The notes below the pieces were generated by a model. That model was not told where the DNA came from. It worked only from the letters and a program-made list of their open reading frames with translations, and searched no databases. From an uncultured cyanobacterium (GTDB lineage: Bacteria > Cyanobacteriota > Cyanobacteriia > Cyanobacteriales > Nostocaceae): a stretch of 64,000 nucleotides of DNA. Shown in pieces: positions 1 through 11,330 of this stretch; positions within the stretch are counted from its first letter, which is position 1, and each line of letters starts with the position of its first letter. Location: positions 3,040,001 to 3,104,000 of the forward strand of contig OY970166.1 in assembly GCA_963706595.1 (NCBI GenBank), given 5' to 3'. The position numbers and the translations under genes are program-made.

Positions 1-246
1 GTAAGGCCAGCCGCCTTCAGACTCAATATCTTTGAGTAAAGAGTAGAGTTTTTGGCGGTTATCAGGCAAACTCTCCTGAAAAGCACTATCCCGAATATCT
101 CGATGTAACTGTTCTAAATGCCGCAGCAAGCTCAAAAGAGCGATCGCATCTCCTTGAGAAACGCTAGCTACATCATGCACCGCCGTGGCGATCGCTTGCA
201 GTTGTTCAGATAAATTTCCTGATTCCAAACCTTTTTGGTTGCTCAT
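1..246 (-). CDS. Conserved hypothetical protein, 5' part (runs off the window)
   Basis: Manual translation from ATG at 246: MSNQKGLESG...LLRHLEQLHRDIRDSAFQESLPDNRQKLYSLLKDIESEGGWPY, open to base 1; GGAG RBS upstream. Confidence 0.75.
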   Translation of the reverse strand, partial: MSNQKGLESGNLSEQLQAIATAVHDVASVSQGDAIALLSLLRHLEQLHRDIRDSAFQESLPDNRQKLYSLLKDIESEGGWPY

Positions 247-692
247 GCAACTATCTCCGTGTAAATGAGGCCTACTCAAATTTACCGAAGATTCTTGGTT
301 TTTATTCGTGATCACAAATTTTCTAGCGCATGAATAGATAAATAAAGGAGAAAATCATAAATTTTCATCGCCTAGAAATGCCTCCAGACGAGGATTATAG
401 CTCCTACCTCCCTATTGAACACAAACAACCATCATCTATTCTCAAACACATTCATCACCTTTAGCACAGCCTGCCATCTGTGCTAAATACAAGCAAATAT
501 TTTTCGATCAGATGAGAGAGCTTTGATCTTGAGTTAAAAAAAATCGTATGATCTGGCTAATTTCCCCATAAAGCAATGGACTGTATTTGTATCTGGTGAC
601 AACACATAACATAATACAGAAACATTTGGGCAACACCGAAAATGCCATAGGCATTAGTTTTACAATATTAATTTTTGAGATTGAGGTTGACC

Positions 693-1532
693 ATGAGGTA
701 TCGCGCTTTAATTGTTGCATTCTTGGCTGTATGTCTGGGGCTATTAACTGCTTGCAGTGATGCTCCCTCTTCTGCTTCTAGTGGTAGGGATTTACTTACT
801 TACGAACAAATCCGAAACACTGGCTTGGCTAACAAATGCCCCCAACTGACAGAAACCAGCCGAGGTTCCATTCCCATTCAATCCAGCCAGTCTTATGCCA
901 TCAAAGAACTTTGTTTAGAACCAACCAATTTCTTTGTCAAAGAAGAACCTGCTAATAAACGGCAAGTAGCAGAATTTGTACCTGGTAAATTGTTGACCAG
1001 ATACACTTCTACCATTGACCAAGTACAAGGTGACTTGAACGTTAACCCAGATAATAGCTTGACCTTTCTCGAATCTGATGGTTTGGACTTCCAAGCGATC
1101 ACCGTCAAACTTCCTGGTGGTGAATCCGTTCCTTTTCTGTTCACCATCAAAGATTTAGTTGCTCAAACCCAACCTGGTTTGACCAGTATCAACACCTCTA
1201 CGGACTTTGAAGGTACTTTCAAAGTTCCCTCCTACCGTGGTGCTTCTTTCCTCGATCCTAAAGGTCGTGGTGTCGTCAGTGGCTATGATAATGCCGTAGC
1301 TCTTCCAGCCCAAGCTGATGACGAGGAACTCACCCGCGCCAATGTTAAGAGTGTTAAAACTCTAGATGGCAAAATTTCACTGCAAGTAGCCAAAGTAGAT
1401 AGCGTTAGTGGTGAAATTGCTGGTACTTTCGAGAGCGAACAGCCATCTGATACTGATTTGGGTGCTGGCGAACCTAAAGAAGTTAAGATTCGGGGTCTGT
1501 TTTATGCGCGAGTTGAACCAAATCGCGGCTAA
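693..1532 (+). CDS. psbO: Photosystem II manganese-stabilising protein PsbO
   Basis: MRYRALIVAFLA signal, GLANKCP, FLDPKGRG and GYDNAVALPA motifs; GAGG RBS before ATG 693. Confidence 0.98.
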   Translation: MRYRALIVAFLAVCLGLLTACSDAPSSASSGRDLLTYEQIRNTGLANKCPQLTETSRGSIPIQSSQSYAIKELCLEPTNFFVKEEPANKRQVAEFVPGKLLTRYTSTIDQVQGDLNVNPDNSLTFLESDGLDFQAITVKLPGGESVPFLFTIKDLVAQTQPGLTSINTSTDFEGTFKVPSYRGASFLDPKGRGVVSGYDNAVALPAQADDEELTRANVKSVKTLDGKISLQVAKVDSVSGEIAGTFESEQPSDTDLGAGEPKEVKIRGLFYARVEPNRG

Positions 1533-1578
1533 GTTCTCTGGAATAATTCTGTAATCATTAACTTGATCGCAAAACTTT

Positions 1579-1619
1579 ACCCATTTGTTTCCTTTGGTCT
1601 GGAAGCAAATGGGTTTTTT
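1579..1619 (+). terminator. Intrinsic terminator of psbO
   Basis: acccatttgtttcc...ggaagcaaatgggt stem followed by a T run. Confidence 0.75.
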
Positions 1620-1683
1620 CAGTCAGTTTTCCCTCATATTTCCTGCCATAACAACAGACAGGGCAGTTAGGACATGACCAGAA

Positions 1684-1720
1684 GAGGCAGGGGAGCAGGG
1701 AGCGGGGAGCAAGGGAGAAG
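1684..1720. repeat. STRR-type short tandem repeat (GGGAGCA-like)
   Basis: ggcaggggagcagggagcggggagcaaggg. Confidence 0.7.
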
Positions 1721-2404
1721 GATTTTTAATTCCCCTGCCAAAAGGGATACAAGCCTCTGCATTTATGTATGCCAAACATAAAAATATTTATTATGCCTAC
1801 GGCACGCTGCGCGAACGAGACGCGCAAGTGCGAAAAATAATGCGTCCTTTTCCCAAGCCCCTGTATTTATGCATGGGGTTCTCCCCCCGGCACCCCGCCC
1901 CTTGTCCTCTTGCTTGACAAAATTCCCAAACCAATTCATGGGCATATTGCAATATGCCCCTCCTGATGAACTGATATAAAATTTGTATCAGTCACTGCAT
2001 AAATGTAAAGTTTAGATAAATTAAATTGATTCACAATAGTATTTTTACTGAAAAAGAATGTAAAGGAATCATAAAGTTTAATTCATTAAGCTTTATGACT
2101 AATTAATTAATTAATTGAATTCAGTAAAATTTCGGTTTTGAAAGTAAGCAATAATTTTATACACTGCCTAGTGTGTAGCTTAAATATCTACGCAAATTAA
2201 AAAATCCAACCAAAAATAAAAATACCAATCGCGCTTATTTGAATTTGGCTCGATTGTCCATTTAATCAGGTGTTTAGCCGTATTTTTGTGGCTTACACCA
2301 AATTTTGCTGGAAAAATCAACAAAGTTTTTCCGGAAATGTTTTGCAATCGCAAATTTTTTAAGCGGGTATTCACTGTTTTTTTAAATAAAATAAATGCGG
2401 TGCT

Positions 2405-3181
2405 ATGCCTACTACAGCCAGCAACGAACTGAAGCATGAGATTTGGCAGTTATTGCGAGAATATCAGCAATGTCGCTCTGAAACCATTCGCAATAAACTG
2501 GTAAAAATAAATTTTGGACTTGTACGAAAAGAAGCCCACTACTGGATGAATCAATGTCATGAAAATTATGATGATTTGATCCAAGTTGGTTGTTTGGGTT
2601 TAATTCGGGCTATTGAAAAATTTGAAGTTTCCAAGGGACACGCCTTCAGCTCCTTTGCTATTCCCTATATTCGGGGTGAAATTCAACATCATCTTCGAGA
2701 TAAAGGCGTTACAGTCCGGATTCCTCGGCGCTACTTAGCATTGCAACAGCAGGCCATAGGAGTCTCACGCTCTTTGCGCGAAAAATATAATCGTCAACCT
2801 ACCGACTCAGAATTAGCCGCAGCATTAGCAATTTCTCTCAACGAATGGCAAGAAATTAAACTCGCATGGGTCAATCGTTCCCCTCTCAGCTTGGATGTTC
2901 CTATTTTGGACTCAGAAGATGGAACCACCAGCCTGGGAGAATTAGTTCCAGATCCCCGTTATCGCAGCTTTCAACTGGCGCAAGAAGATCAAATTCGCCT
3001 GCAACAAGCACTATTTCAGTTAGAGAAATGTACTCGGGAAGTTTTGGAATGTGTATTTTTGCAGGATTTGACCCAAAAACAAGTCGCAGAACATCTGGGA
3101 ATTAGCGTAGTTACAGTTTCCCGCAAAGTCAAAAAAGGGCTGGGTTTGTTAAAGCAGCTGATGGGTGTTACAGAAGATTAA
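2405..3181 (+). CDS. sigF: Group 3 RNA polymerase sigma factor, SigF type
   Basis: DDLIQVGCLGLIRAIEKF, FSSFAIPYIRGEIQHHLRD, region-4 HTH TQKQVAEHLGISVVTVSR. Confidence 0.85.
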   Translation: MPTTASNELKHEIWQLLREYQQCRSETIRNKLVKINFGLVRKEAHYWMNQCHENYDDLIQVGCLGLIRAIEKFEVSKGHAFSSFAIPYIRGEIQHHLRDKGVTVRIPRRYLALQQQAIGVSRSLREKYNRQPTDSELAAALAISLNEWQEIKLAWVNRSPLSLDVPILDSEDGTTSLGELVPDPRYRSFQLAQEDQIRLQQALFQLEKCTREVLECVFLQDLTQKQVAEHLGISVVTVSRKVKKGLGLLKQLMGVTED

Positions 3182-3347
3182 TTAAGAGCAAGGTTAAGCT
3201 GCATTTGCTCTAGGCTGGTGGTGTTAAAAATAACCTTCAAAACTGCCAAAATTAGGTTATAAAGGTAACATAGTTTGCCTGAATACAAAATAGGCAATGT
3301 TGATTTCCACAAGTCGCAACGTTTCCTAGAGCTTTTGAGAACAGCTA

Positions 3348-4148
3348 ATGGACAAAAATTTCCCCATCGCATTTGTAGCTATTTCAATGTTAGCGATCGC
3401 TGGATGTACTATAGGAGGTACACCAGAGGCTACCGCTCCTACGCCCACTGAAACGCCAACAGCACAGTCGCCACCAGCAGCTGAATCCTTTAATAATCCT
3501 GTGGTGTCTACCAACGAAACCACAACAAATGCCTCTTCAACTCCTAACTTGATTCAACTCACTAATCCCACAGAACGGGAGCGGATAGTTTCAAAAGGAA
3601 GAAATGATCCATTTGCGGGAATTATTGGGCTGCCAACTCCTGTAGCGGCTACTACTACTACTACCAGGACGATTCCCGTCATACCTCCCCTACCTACTCC
3701 TAGAGTACAAAAACCCCCAACATCCAGCGCGGCGCTTTCCACCAGAACTACTACGGGAGCAAATCCACAAGCCAAGACACCGAAGCCTGATAATCGTCAG
3801 GCCTCAGTTATCCCAAAATTGATGCCCGGAGTCCTTTTAACTCCGACTCTAGGATCTGTCCTACCACCACCACCACAACCTGAGTTAGCTGAGGGAGTGA
3901 TGGTGACTGGTGTGGTGCTAATTGGTCAAAACCCCCAAGCAATTATTAAAGTACCCAATGAAAGCACAAGTCGCTACGTACAGGTAGGACAACAGCTGGC
4001 TGGTGGTTTGCTAATTAAACGTATTGAAATGAATGAAGGTTCCAATCCGATCGTCATTCTGGAACAATATGGTATTGAAGTTGCCAGAATGGTAGGTGAA
4101 GAACCTGTCAATTCAGCATCATCAGCGACTAATGTTGAAGCTTCATAA
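3348..4148 (+). CDS. Pro/Thr-rich lipoprotein, PilP/GspC-like C-terminal domain
   Basis: Lipobox IAGC, RNDPF motif, low-complexity linker, C-terminal VTGVVLIG..QAIIKVP..RYVQVGQ beta domain. Confidence 0.65.
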   Translation: MDKNFPIAFVAISMLAIAGCTIGGTPEATAPTPTETPTAQSPPAAESFNNPVVSTNETTTNASSTPNLIQLTNPTERERIVSKGRNDPFAGIIGLPTPVAATTTTTRTIPVIPPLPTPRVQKPPTSSAALSTRTTTGANPQAKTPKPDNRQASVIPKLMPGVLLTPTLGSVLPPPPQPELAEGVMVTGVVLIGQNPQAIIKVPNESTSRYVQVGQQLAGGLLIKRIEMNEGSNPIVILEQYGIEVARMVGEEPVNSASSATNVEAS

Positions 4149-4150
4149 AA

Positions 4151-4399
4151 ATGGAAACTCAAGAAAAAATTGAATTCCCTGGTTTACCTCTGGCTGTCTA
4201 TCGAGAAATAGCAGCTCATTTGCGTCAAGTGGAAGGAATAGAAGTGGGCTTAATTCGCCAATCATCTTCAGAGTTTAATTACAATCAAAGTCAAATTGCT
4301 GGCTTATGGATTTCTGGACTACCCAATTCCGGATTAGAAAGTCAGCAACGCGTACAGCAAATTTTGGCTTACTATCAAAACCGCTACGGTGTTTCATAG
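4151..4399 (+). CDS. Small conserved hypothetical protein
   Basis: 82-aa ORF starting 2 nt after the previous stop; LPLAVYREIAAHLRQV resembles a cyanobacterial family. Confidence 0.75.
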   Translation: METQEKIEFPGLPLAVYREIAAHLRQVEGIEVGLIRQSSSEFNYNQSQIAGLWISGLPNSGLESQQRVQQILAYYQNRYGVS

Positions 4400-4628
4400 G
4401 CTGAATTTATCATTGCCCAATTTTCTGGAACTTGTAGATAACATTAGGCTTTTTTTGTTCACAGTGACCTTGTTAAACAGGTCTATTTTTTTTCTCCAAG
4501 TTGTTCACAAGTAAGTCTGTGCTAATATTTCCAGCTATACTAAGAAATTTTTATGTCGTCGGTTTTGTCGCCTAGCACTAACCACCTTCCACAATTCAAG
4601 GTACGTTATACTACCGCATAACAGATCG

Positions 4629-4801
4629 TAGTGGCGTGGCAAGCTTAAAATAGTGCATTAGGGAAAAAGCAGAAAACATTGATTTATCAAAATTTTCTCA
4701 AAAATCTATTGTGGGGTGGGCATTCTGCCCGCCCAGAACAGGCAAGATGCCTGTTCCACAAGAGAAACATAATGCAACATTTTAGGCTTGCCACACCAGT
4801 A
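4629..4801. mobile_element. MITE with TA-bounded terminal inverted repeats (IS630-like)
   Basis: tagtggcgtggcaagcttaaaa (4629-4650) versus ttttaggcttgccacaccagta (4780-4801); internal REP-like hairpins. Confidence 0.7.
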
Positions 4802-4909
4802 GAAATAATTGATATTTCTTCAGATACAGGGAATTATTCTCGCCGACTTACTTACTATTATTTTCTACTTACTAGTAACAACACTAAAATATCCGCATAT
4901 ACTAAACTA

Positions 4910-5089
<180 letters not shown>

Positions 5090-5189
5090 TTATGTTACCG
5101 ATACTTTTCGCTAATATTTGCTAACAAATACACTCACAAAGTGAAGGCGTATCAACCAATGCACGAAGGAAAATCCCTCGCGCACCATT

Positions 5190-5280
5190 TATAGCAACCG
5201 CCAAGGTAGTTAGGAGATGGCAAAAGTCTAAAACCCATCCACACCAAGCATTTCAATTTTGACTTTTGACTTTTGCTATA
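5190..5280. repeat. TATAGC...GCTATA-bounded dispersed repeat / MITE
   Basis: tatagcaaccgccaagg start shared with copies near 24011 and 35764; ends ttttgctata. Confidence 0.55.
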
Positions 5281-5835
5281 GATCCCTCGGCATCCCTCGC
5301 CCATCAGTTGGTGACTTGATGAATTTAGTATTAGCTTTAGTAATTTTATAAATCAGTTTATCTAGTCGAAAGCAAAGCTTTTGAATTTGGATATTAGCTA
5401 ACGCTCCAATTTTCCCATACCGTCCTCGGTGCAATATCCGTGTATAGAGAAAATTCTGGGATGGGCTACGCCCCGCCGGAGGCGATCGCAATTTACTATT
5501 GACCAGAAATATACAAGTTTTCTGAAAGTAAAAGAAAAACTTATGATTTGAATTGGAAATTACTTAGCAGATCCATGTATAGCGATCGCAAATTTGTGCA
5601 GATTTAAGGATAGACTTAAGCACATAGAAATTTTGTTCTTAATAGGTCTTGGTCTTGGTCTAGTAATTAATCCGGGAAAGCCACACCTTCGGGGCCAGTT
5701 CAGAGAGTGAACACCCTGTCGGCAGGTATTCGCGTAACACTTGTGCTGTAGGGATGAAGCGCTTCATCCTTACTTTTTAAAGCTAATTAGTTCACAATAA
5801 TCGCTCTTCGTTAGAGGAGTCATAAGGAGGTATGC

Positions 5836-7360
<1,525 letters not shown>

Positions 7361-7379
7361 ATCGAAACGACGCAGACCT

Positions 7380-7407
7380 AAAAACCGGGGCATGACCCCG
7401 GCTTTTT
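7380..7407 (+). terminator. Intrinsic terminator of sbtAB
   Basis: ccgggg-catga-ccccgg followed by cttttt. Confidence 0.85.
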
Positions 7408-7418
7408 AGCTTAAACAG

Positions 7419-7880
7419 CAAGAAGCCTCTCACTTAACACGATAGCGGAAGTGATGAGATGAATTGCGCGTGAATTGACGACAGTCTCCCGACCAATGCG
7501 ACAGCGAGGAAGGGAGACACGGAGGAAACGAGCAAAATATTTTAAATTTGGTATAATCGATTTGGTTGACTTCACCCATATTGGTGTCTGATAAGCCTCT
7601 GTCCAATAGCATTACGATTATTGGTAAGCGACTCCGTTGCACAGCATAGAAGCAAGTAGGCACATCTTGATTAATACAGATCACCTCCGGGTTTGTCCTA
7701 TAGCGCGAATCAGCCAGCATCTCATCCAGGACAGTAAAATTTGTAGGGTACAAGGTAAGAAATTGCATAGTCTGCGGAGGGGCTTCTCGTGGACTTAAAA
7801 CAAAGCTCAGTCAATGTCTTCATAGAAGAGTCGCTGAGAAGCCTACACTGTATGCTTGCATCAGTGTAGGAGTATGTCAC
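7419..7880 (+). mobile_element. Non-autonomous IS200/IS605-like element (no transposase or TnpB ORF)
   Basis: Subterminal hairpins at both ends (ctctcact..agtgatgag; cctacactg..cagtgtagg), right end ...gagtatgTCAC; left boundary approximate. Confidence 0.55.
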
Positions 7881-7913
7881 TAGCCGTATTTCTTGCCTGT
7901 GGGACTTGGGTCT

Positions 7914-8003
7914 CAGTTGCAGCCCCTAACGCTCTGCTTTCTGATTGGTGGTCTGGTCATTGCCGCCCTCGGTAGCCAACTGCAAATTCCAGATGCGATC
8001 TAT
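7914..8003 (+). pseudogene. sbtA: Fragment of a second sbtA paralog
   Basis: QLQPLTLCFLIGGLVIAALGSQLQIPDAIY matches 21 of 30 aa of the N-terminal region of the intact SbtA. Confidence 0.85.
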
Positions 8004-8006
8004 CCA

Positions 8007-8153
8007 TCGGCGGCGCAGTTAATATTACCCAGTGGGGGATTTGCGGCGATCGCCTCTGGCGGGGCTTTGCCCATCACACGTCTTGAAGATCAGACACGGC
8101 GCAGAATTGAAATCCGCTTTACCCGGTTGGGGAAAGCGCAAGAAGTAAAGTAG
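8007..8153 (+). pseudogene. C-terminal remnant of an OmpA/MotB-like protein
   Basis: SAAQLILPSG...DQTRRRIEIRFTR resembles the RRVEI-type end of OmpA-C/MotB domains; no N-terminus. Confidence 0.45.
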
Positions 8154-8284
8154 TGATTAATCTTGCCGAACTGGGAAGCAAATAGTAACATTGGGTGATG
8201 CAATTGCTAGTTGCTGAAGTAAACTTGCTAGCAAGTTAATGGACAATCTTACTCAGCTGCTCTTCGGTCTGGGCGTAACTCATA

Positions 8285-10867
8285 ATGGAACACTGGCAAT
8301 TTCTAATACAGAAACAGGGCGATCGCTCTTGGCATAACCTGGAATCGCCAAACTTAGAAATTTCGGAAGGTCGGTACAGAGTCTTGGCTCGTTGTCATCT
8401 ACGTAATACTGACGTAGAAATACGGGTAACTCACTCCTCAACCCAAGAAATTCCCCCCAAGCGGCAAACTCAGAAGCGATCGCGGCGTACTAATGCCGAA
8501 GGTTTAATGGCGGTAATTCCTTTTACCCACCTCAAACCGGGAATTTGGGAGTTGCAATGCTCTGGGGATTTGATGTCAGATTTGCTGGGTCAATCTTGGC
8601 ACTACGTTATCCGTCTACAAGTACCCTCTGAGGAATCTCCCAGAGTATGGGGACAACCGCACAGGGGGGAGAATGTCGCGTCAAATTTACCCCCTTCTCC
8701 AGATATTATTGCTGATAGCAACCTGAAATCGACCATTGCACCGTCACCTCAACCAACTGTCAAAAACGATCCAGTTCTCACCAATTTACCAACAGCAACA
8801 GACAGCACAATTATTGATCAGCCTGTTAGCCCAGCCTGGCTCGAAGGTGAAACGACTGAAGAGCTTTTACAAAATTTAATGGCTTTAGCTTTACCCATGT
8901 CTGAAACTTTGTTAGAAGATGGCAAAGTTGAGGATATTTCAGAGCCAAAACCACCGCCACCGCTATCGTTGACTTTAGATCGGGATACCCATATTGCTCA
9001 TTGGGGAGAAATTGCCGTCATTCATGGGCGAGTGGAGCGACAAAACCAGACAAATCAAAAAGGTGAACCAACAAACCCAGAAACTTTTTATGCCTTGGAA
9101 CTGGTAATTGAGATGCGATCGCCTTTAGGCTCAGAAATTTTCACCCAAGTTCGACAGCCTTTACCAAATAGCTCGTTGCCGATGACAATTAGCTCTGCAA
9201 TTGATATTCCCGTGGATTGTGAATCGAAGCTGATTTTGGCAGATATCAATTTATATGGCGCATTTACTGAATTTGGTGAAGTAGTAATATTAGCTAGTAA
9301 AACTTTTACAATTACAGCAGATGTGACAGAATTGCTAGCAATTACAGCCGCAACTAGATTTCATGAACAAAATTTATTAAATCACCCCATAACACCAGCA
9401 ACAGAGCCAGAACCATCTATTGGCATCGACTTAGGACTTTTCAACCTGGCTAAAACTGCAAAAACCGGCCATCCTCAGTTTATTCAAACTTCCCTAAACA
9501 AGTCACTACCTCCGCAATTTAACCTTAAAGAACTAGAAATAACCTCTCTACGAGACGCTACGCCAACGCTGCGACTGTCTGAGCTAAATAAATTAGCCGA
9601 TTCTCGTTTACCGCAACTACCAAGGCTACCTGAAAACCAAATAACTGCCAAAGCTGCGCTTACCGAAGGTGTAACCAGTGCTGATGTAGATATAGAATCC
9701 TCTAGAGATGAAGAGTTTGTAGAGAAAAAAGAGACTATAGCCCCGATCAATTTAGAGCAACTCGTGATTAGCCATCATCGAGTGCGGATGCTCCACAGCA
9801 CTTTTCCCTACTTGAAACGCCTGAAAGCGTTACCTGAGAAAACAGAAGAACTAAAAAACGATACATCAGATGCGTTGTCACTTGCAACTGGTGATGATTT
9901 CTCGCAGATGGATACAGCTATATCTGAACCTGAAAATATACCTGAATTAGTTATTAGTGATGCAGAGTCACAGGATGAATCAGTGGCAGAAATTTCTCTC
10001 CTACCCAATTTAGAATTAAGTCCAGAGGCTAATCTCAATTCATCAGCCCTGCTGAGAAAGTGGACACAAAGCCAAGGATATTCTTTGCCGAAATCGATTA
10101 TTGAGGTTTTAGAACAGCAAAAATTATTTGATGAACAGGTTCCAGTTTCAACTCCAACTGAGGAAATTAACTCATTATCACACCTAGAATCGGAAACGGA
10201 TATTCCAGAAAATGCTACAGAAACAGAGAATCCTACCTGTGCGGTGGAAATAGAGGAGATAGAAACATTAGAACAGGTAGAAGAACCAGATATATCAGCA
10301 GAAATCTCTGTAACCTCTCCAGATTCAGAATTAATAGCTGCGGATGATCTCGCAACACCTCCGCCTTGGTTGATCCAAGAATTTGTTGTAGAAGATACAA
10401 CTGAACCAGCGATGGATGTGATAGACAGCCATTTCTCTGAACAGCAAGAGGAACCAAGCTCAGATTTATCCCATACTCCACTCATGGAAGGGAGAATTGT
10501 TGAGCCTTTGCCAATTCCTCTATTACACGTTCCAGATGGTGAACTAATCGCTGGTACTTCTGTGAGAGTCAGGGTAGAATTGCCGACTGTATCCCCGCAA
10601 ATCGTGGTCAAGTTATGGGTGGAAGATTGCCAAACTCGCGGGCTGCTAGATGGTCTACATTTGCTGACAGACTTGCTACCTAACCATTTGGGGGGTTTAG
10701 AAGTGATGACGCAATTAAATATTCCCTTCGGTTGTTTGGAAATTAGCTTAGAGGCGATCGCTTTTAATCAAGCTACTGAACAAGAAAGTCACAAAGTCAC
10801 AGTGCTGCGGAATGTGATTCCTCCAGACTTACCGAATTTGCAGCTAGACGAATTACTGGGGATTTGA
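8285..10867 (+). CDS. Large conserved hypothetical protein with acidic low-complexity middle
   Basis: 860-aa ORF; globular-looking N-terminus (MEHWQFLIQKQGDRSW) and C-terminus. Confidence 0.85.
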   Translation: MEHWQFLIQKQGDRSWHNLESPNLEISEGRYRVLARCHLRNTDVEIRVTHSSTQEIPPKRQTQKRSRRTNAEGLMAVIPFTHLKPGIWELQCSGDLMSDLLGQSWHYVIRLQVPSEESPRVWGQPHRGENVASNLPPSPDIIADSNLKSTIAPSPQPTVKNDPVLTNLPTATDSTIIDQPVSPAWLEGETTEELLQNLMALALPMSETLLEDGKVEDISEPKPPPPLSLTLDRDTHIAHWGEIAVIHGRVERQNQTNQKGEPTNPETFYALELVIEMRSPLGSEIFTQVRQPLPNSSLPMTISSAIDIPVDCESKLILADINLYGAFTEFGEVVILASKTFTITADVTELLAITAATRFHEQNLLNHPITPATEPEPSIGIDLGLFNLAKTAKTGHPQFIQTSLNKSLPPQFNLKELEITSLRDATPTLRLSELNKLADSRLPQLPRLPENQITAKAALTEGVTSADVDIESSRDEEFVEKKETIAPINLEQLVISHHRVRMLHSTFPYLKRLKALPEKTEELKNDTSDALSLATGDDFSQMDTAISEPENIPELVISDAESQDESVAEISLLPNLELSPEANLNSSALLRKWTQSQGYSLPKSIIEVLEQQKLFDEQVPVSTPTEEINSLSHLESETDIPENATETENPTCAVEIEEIETLEQVEEPDISAEISVTSPDSELIAADDLATPPPWLIQEFVVEDTTEPAMDVIDSHFSEQQEEPSSDLSHTPLMEGRIVEPLPIPLLHVPDGELIAGTSVRVRVELPTVSPQIVVKLWVEDCQTRGLLDGLHLLTDLLPNHLGGLEVMTQLNIPFGCLEISLEAIAFNQATEQESHKVTVLRNVIPPDLPNLQLDELLGI

Positions 10868-10979
10868 ACATCTATCACTCAGGGTTGTGTTAATAATTTT
10901 GAGAATTTCAAAAATCGGGTGAATTTTGCAGTAAGCTCGTTTTCGAGGATTGTCTAATTATTCAATAGGAAAGTTAACT

Positions 10980-11090
10980 ATGGCAGCTTCATTTTTGCCT
11001 TCGATCTTGGTTCCTCTGACTGGTCTAGTTTTTCCAGCAGTGACAATGGCGTTTTTGCTGTTATACATCGAACGCGATGATATCAGCTAA
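10980..11090 (+). CDS. psaI: Photosystem I subunit VIII PsaI
   Basis: Manual translation [36 protein letters not shown]. Confidence 0.95.
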   Translation: MAASFLPSILVPLTGLVFPAVTMAFLLLYIERDDIS

Positions 11091-11102
11091 TTAGTTGATA
11101 AT

Positions 11103-11127
11103 ATCCCACGTCTTCAAGGCGTGGGAT
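11103..11127 (+). terminator. Hairpin after psaI
   Basis: atcccacgtc-ttcaa-ggcgtgggat. Confidence 0.55.
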
Positions 11128-11330
11128 TCGCGTTTAATATCATGTCTGCTTGATTACTTATTAAAACCTCAGAACCCCACTCCGCCAAGGAAGTTAAGAC
11201 ATAAACGGATAATCAAACTTGGAGGATGTTTGAAAATTATTGTTTATTACTCAAAAATTTTAGAAACCTAACCCCCCTACCCCCCTTCCCTAGAAGGGAA
11301 TGGGGGTTTCAAAGCCTCTCTCCTTATAGG

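Noticed and set aside
2330..2335. TCCGGA upstream of sigF as a DIF1 promoter
   Set aside because: Lacks the downstream G at the 18-nt spacing; a lone hexamer is weak evidence.
7470..7780. Group I intron or IStron (P-, Q- and S-like words gtgaattg, aatcagc, catagtc)
   Set aside because: No GACUA partner for P7 was found and no host gene is interrupted; a covariance-model search would be needed.
9808..10611. 267-aa antisense ORF
   Set aside because: Shadow of the acidic low-complexity part of the 860-aa gene; no motifs.
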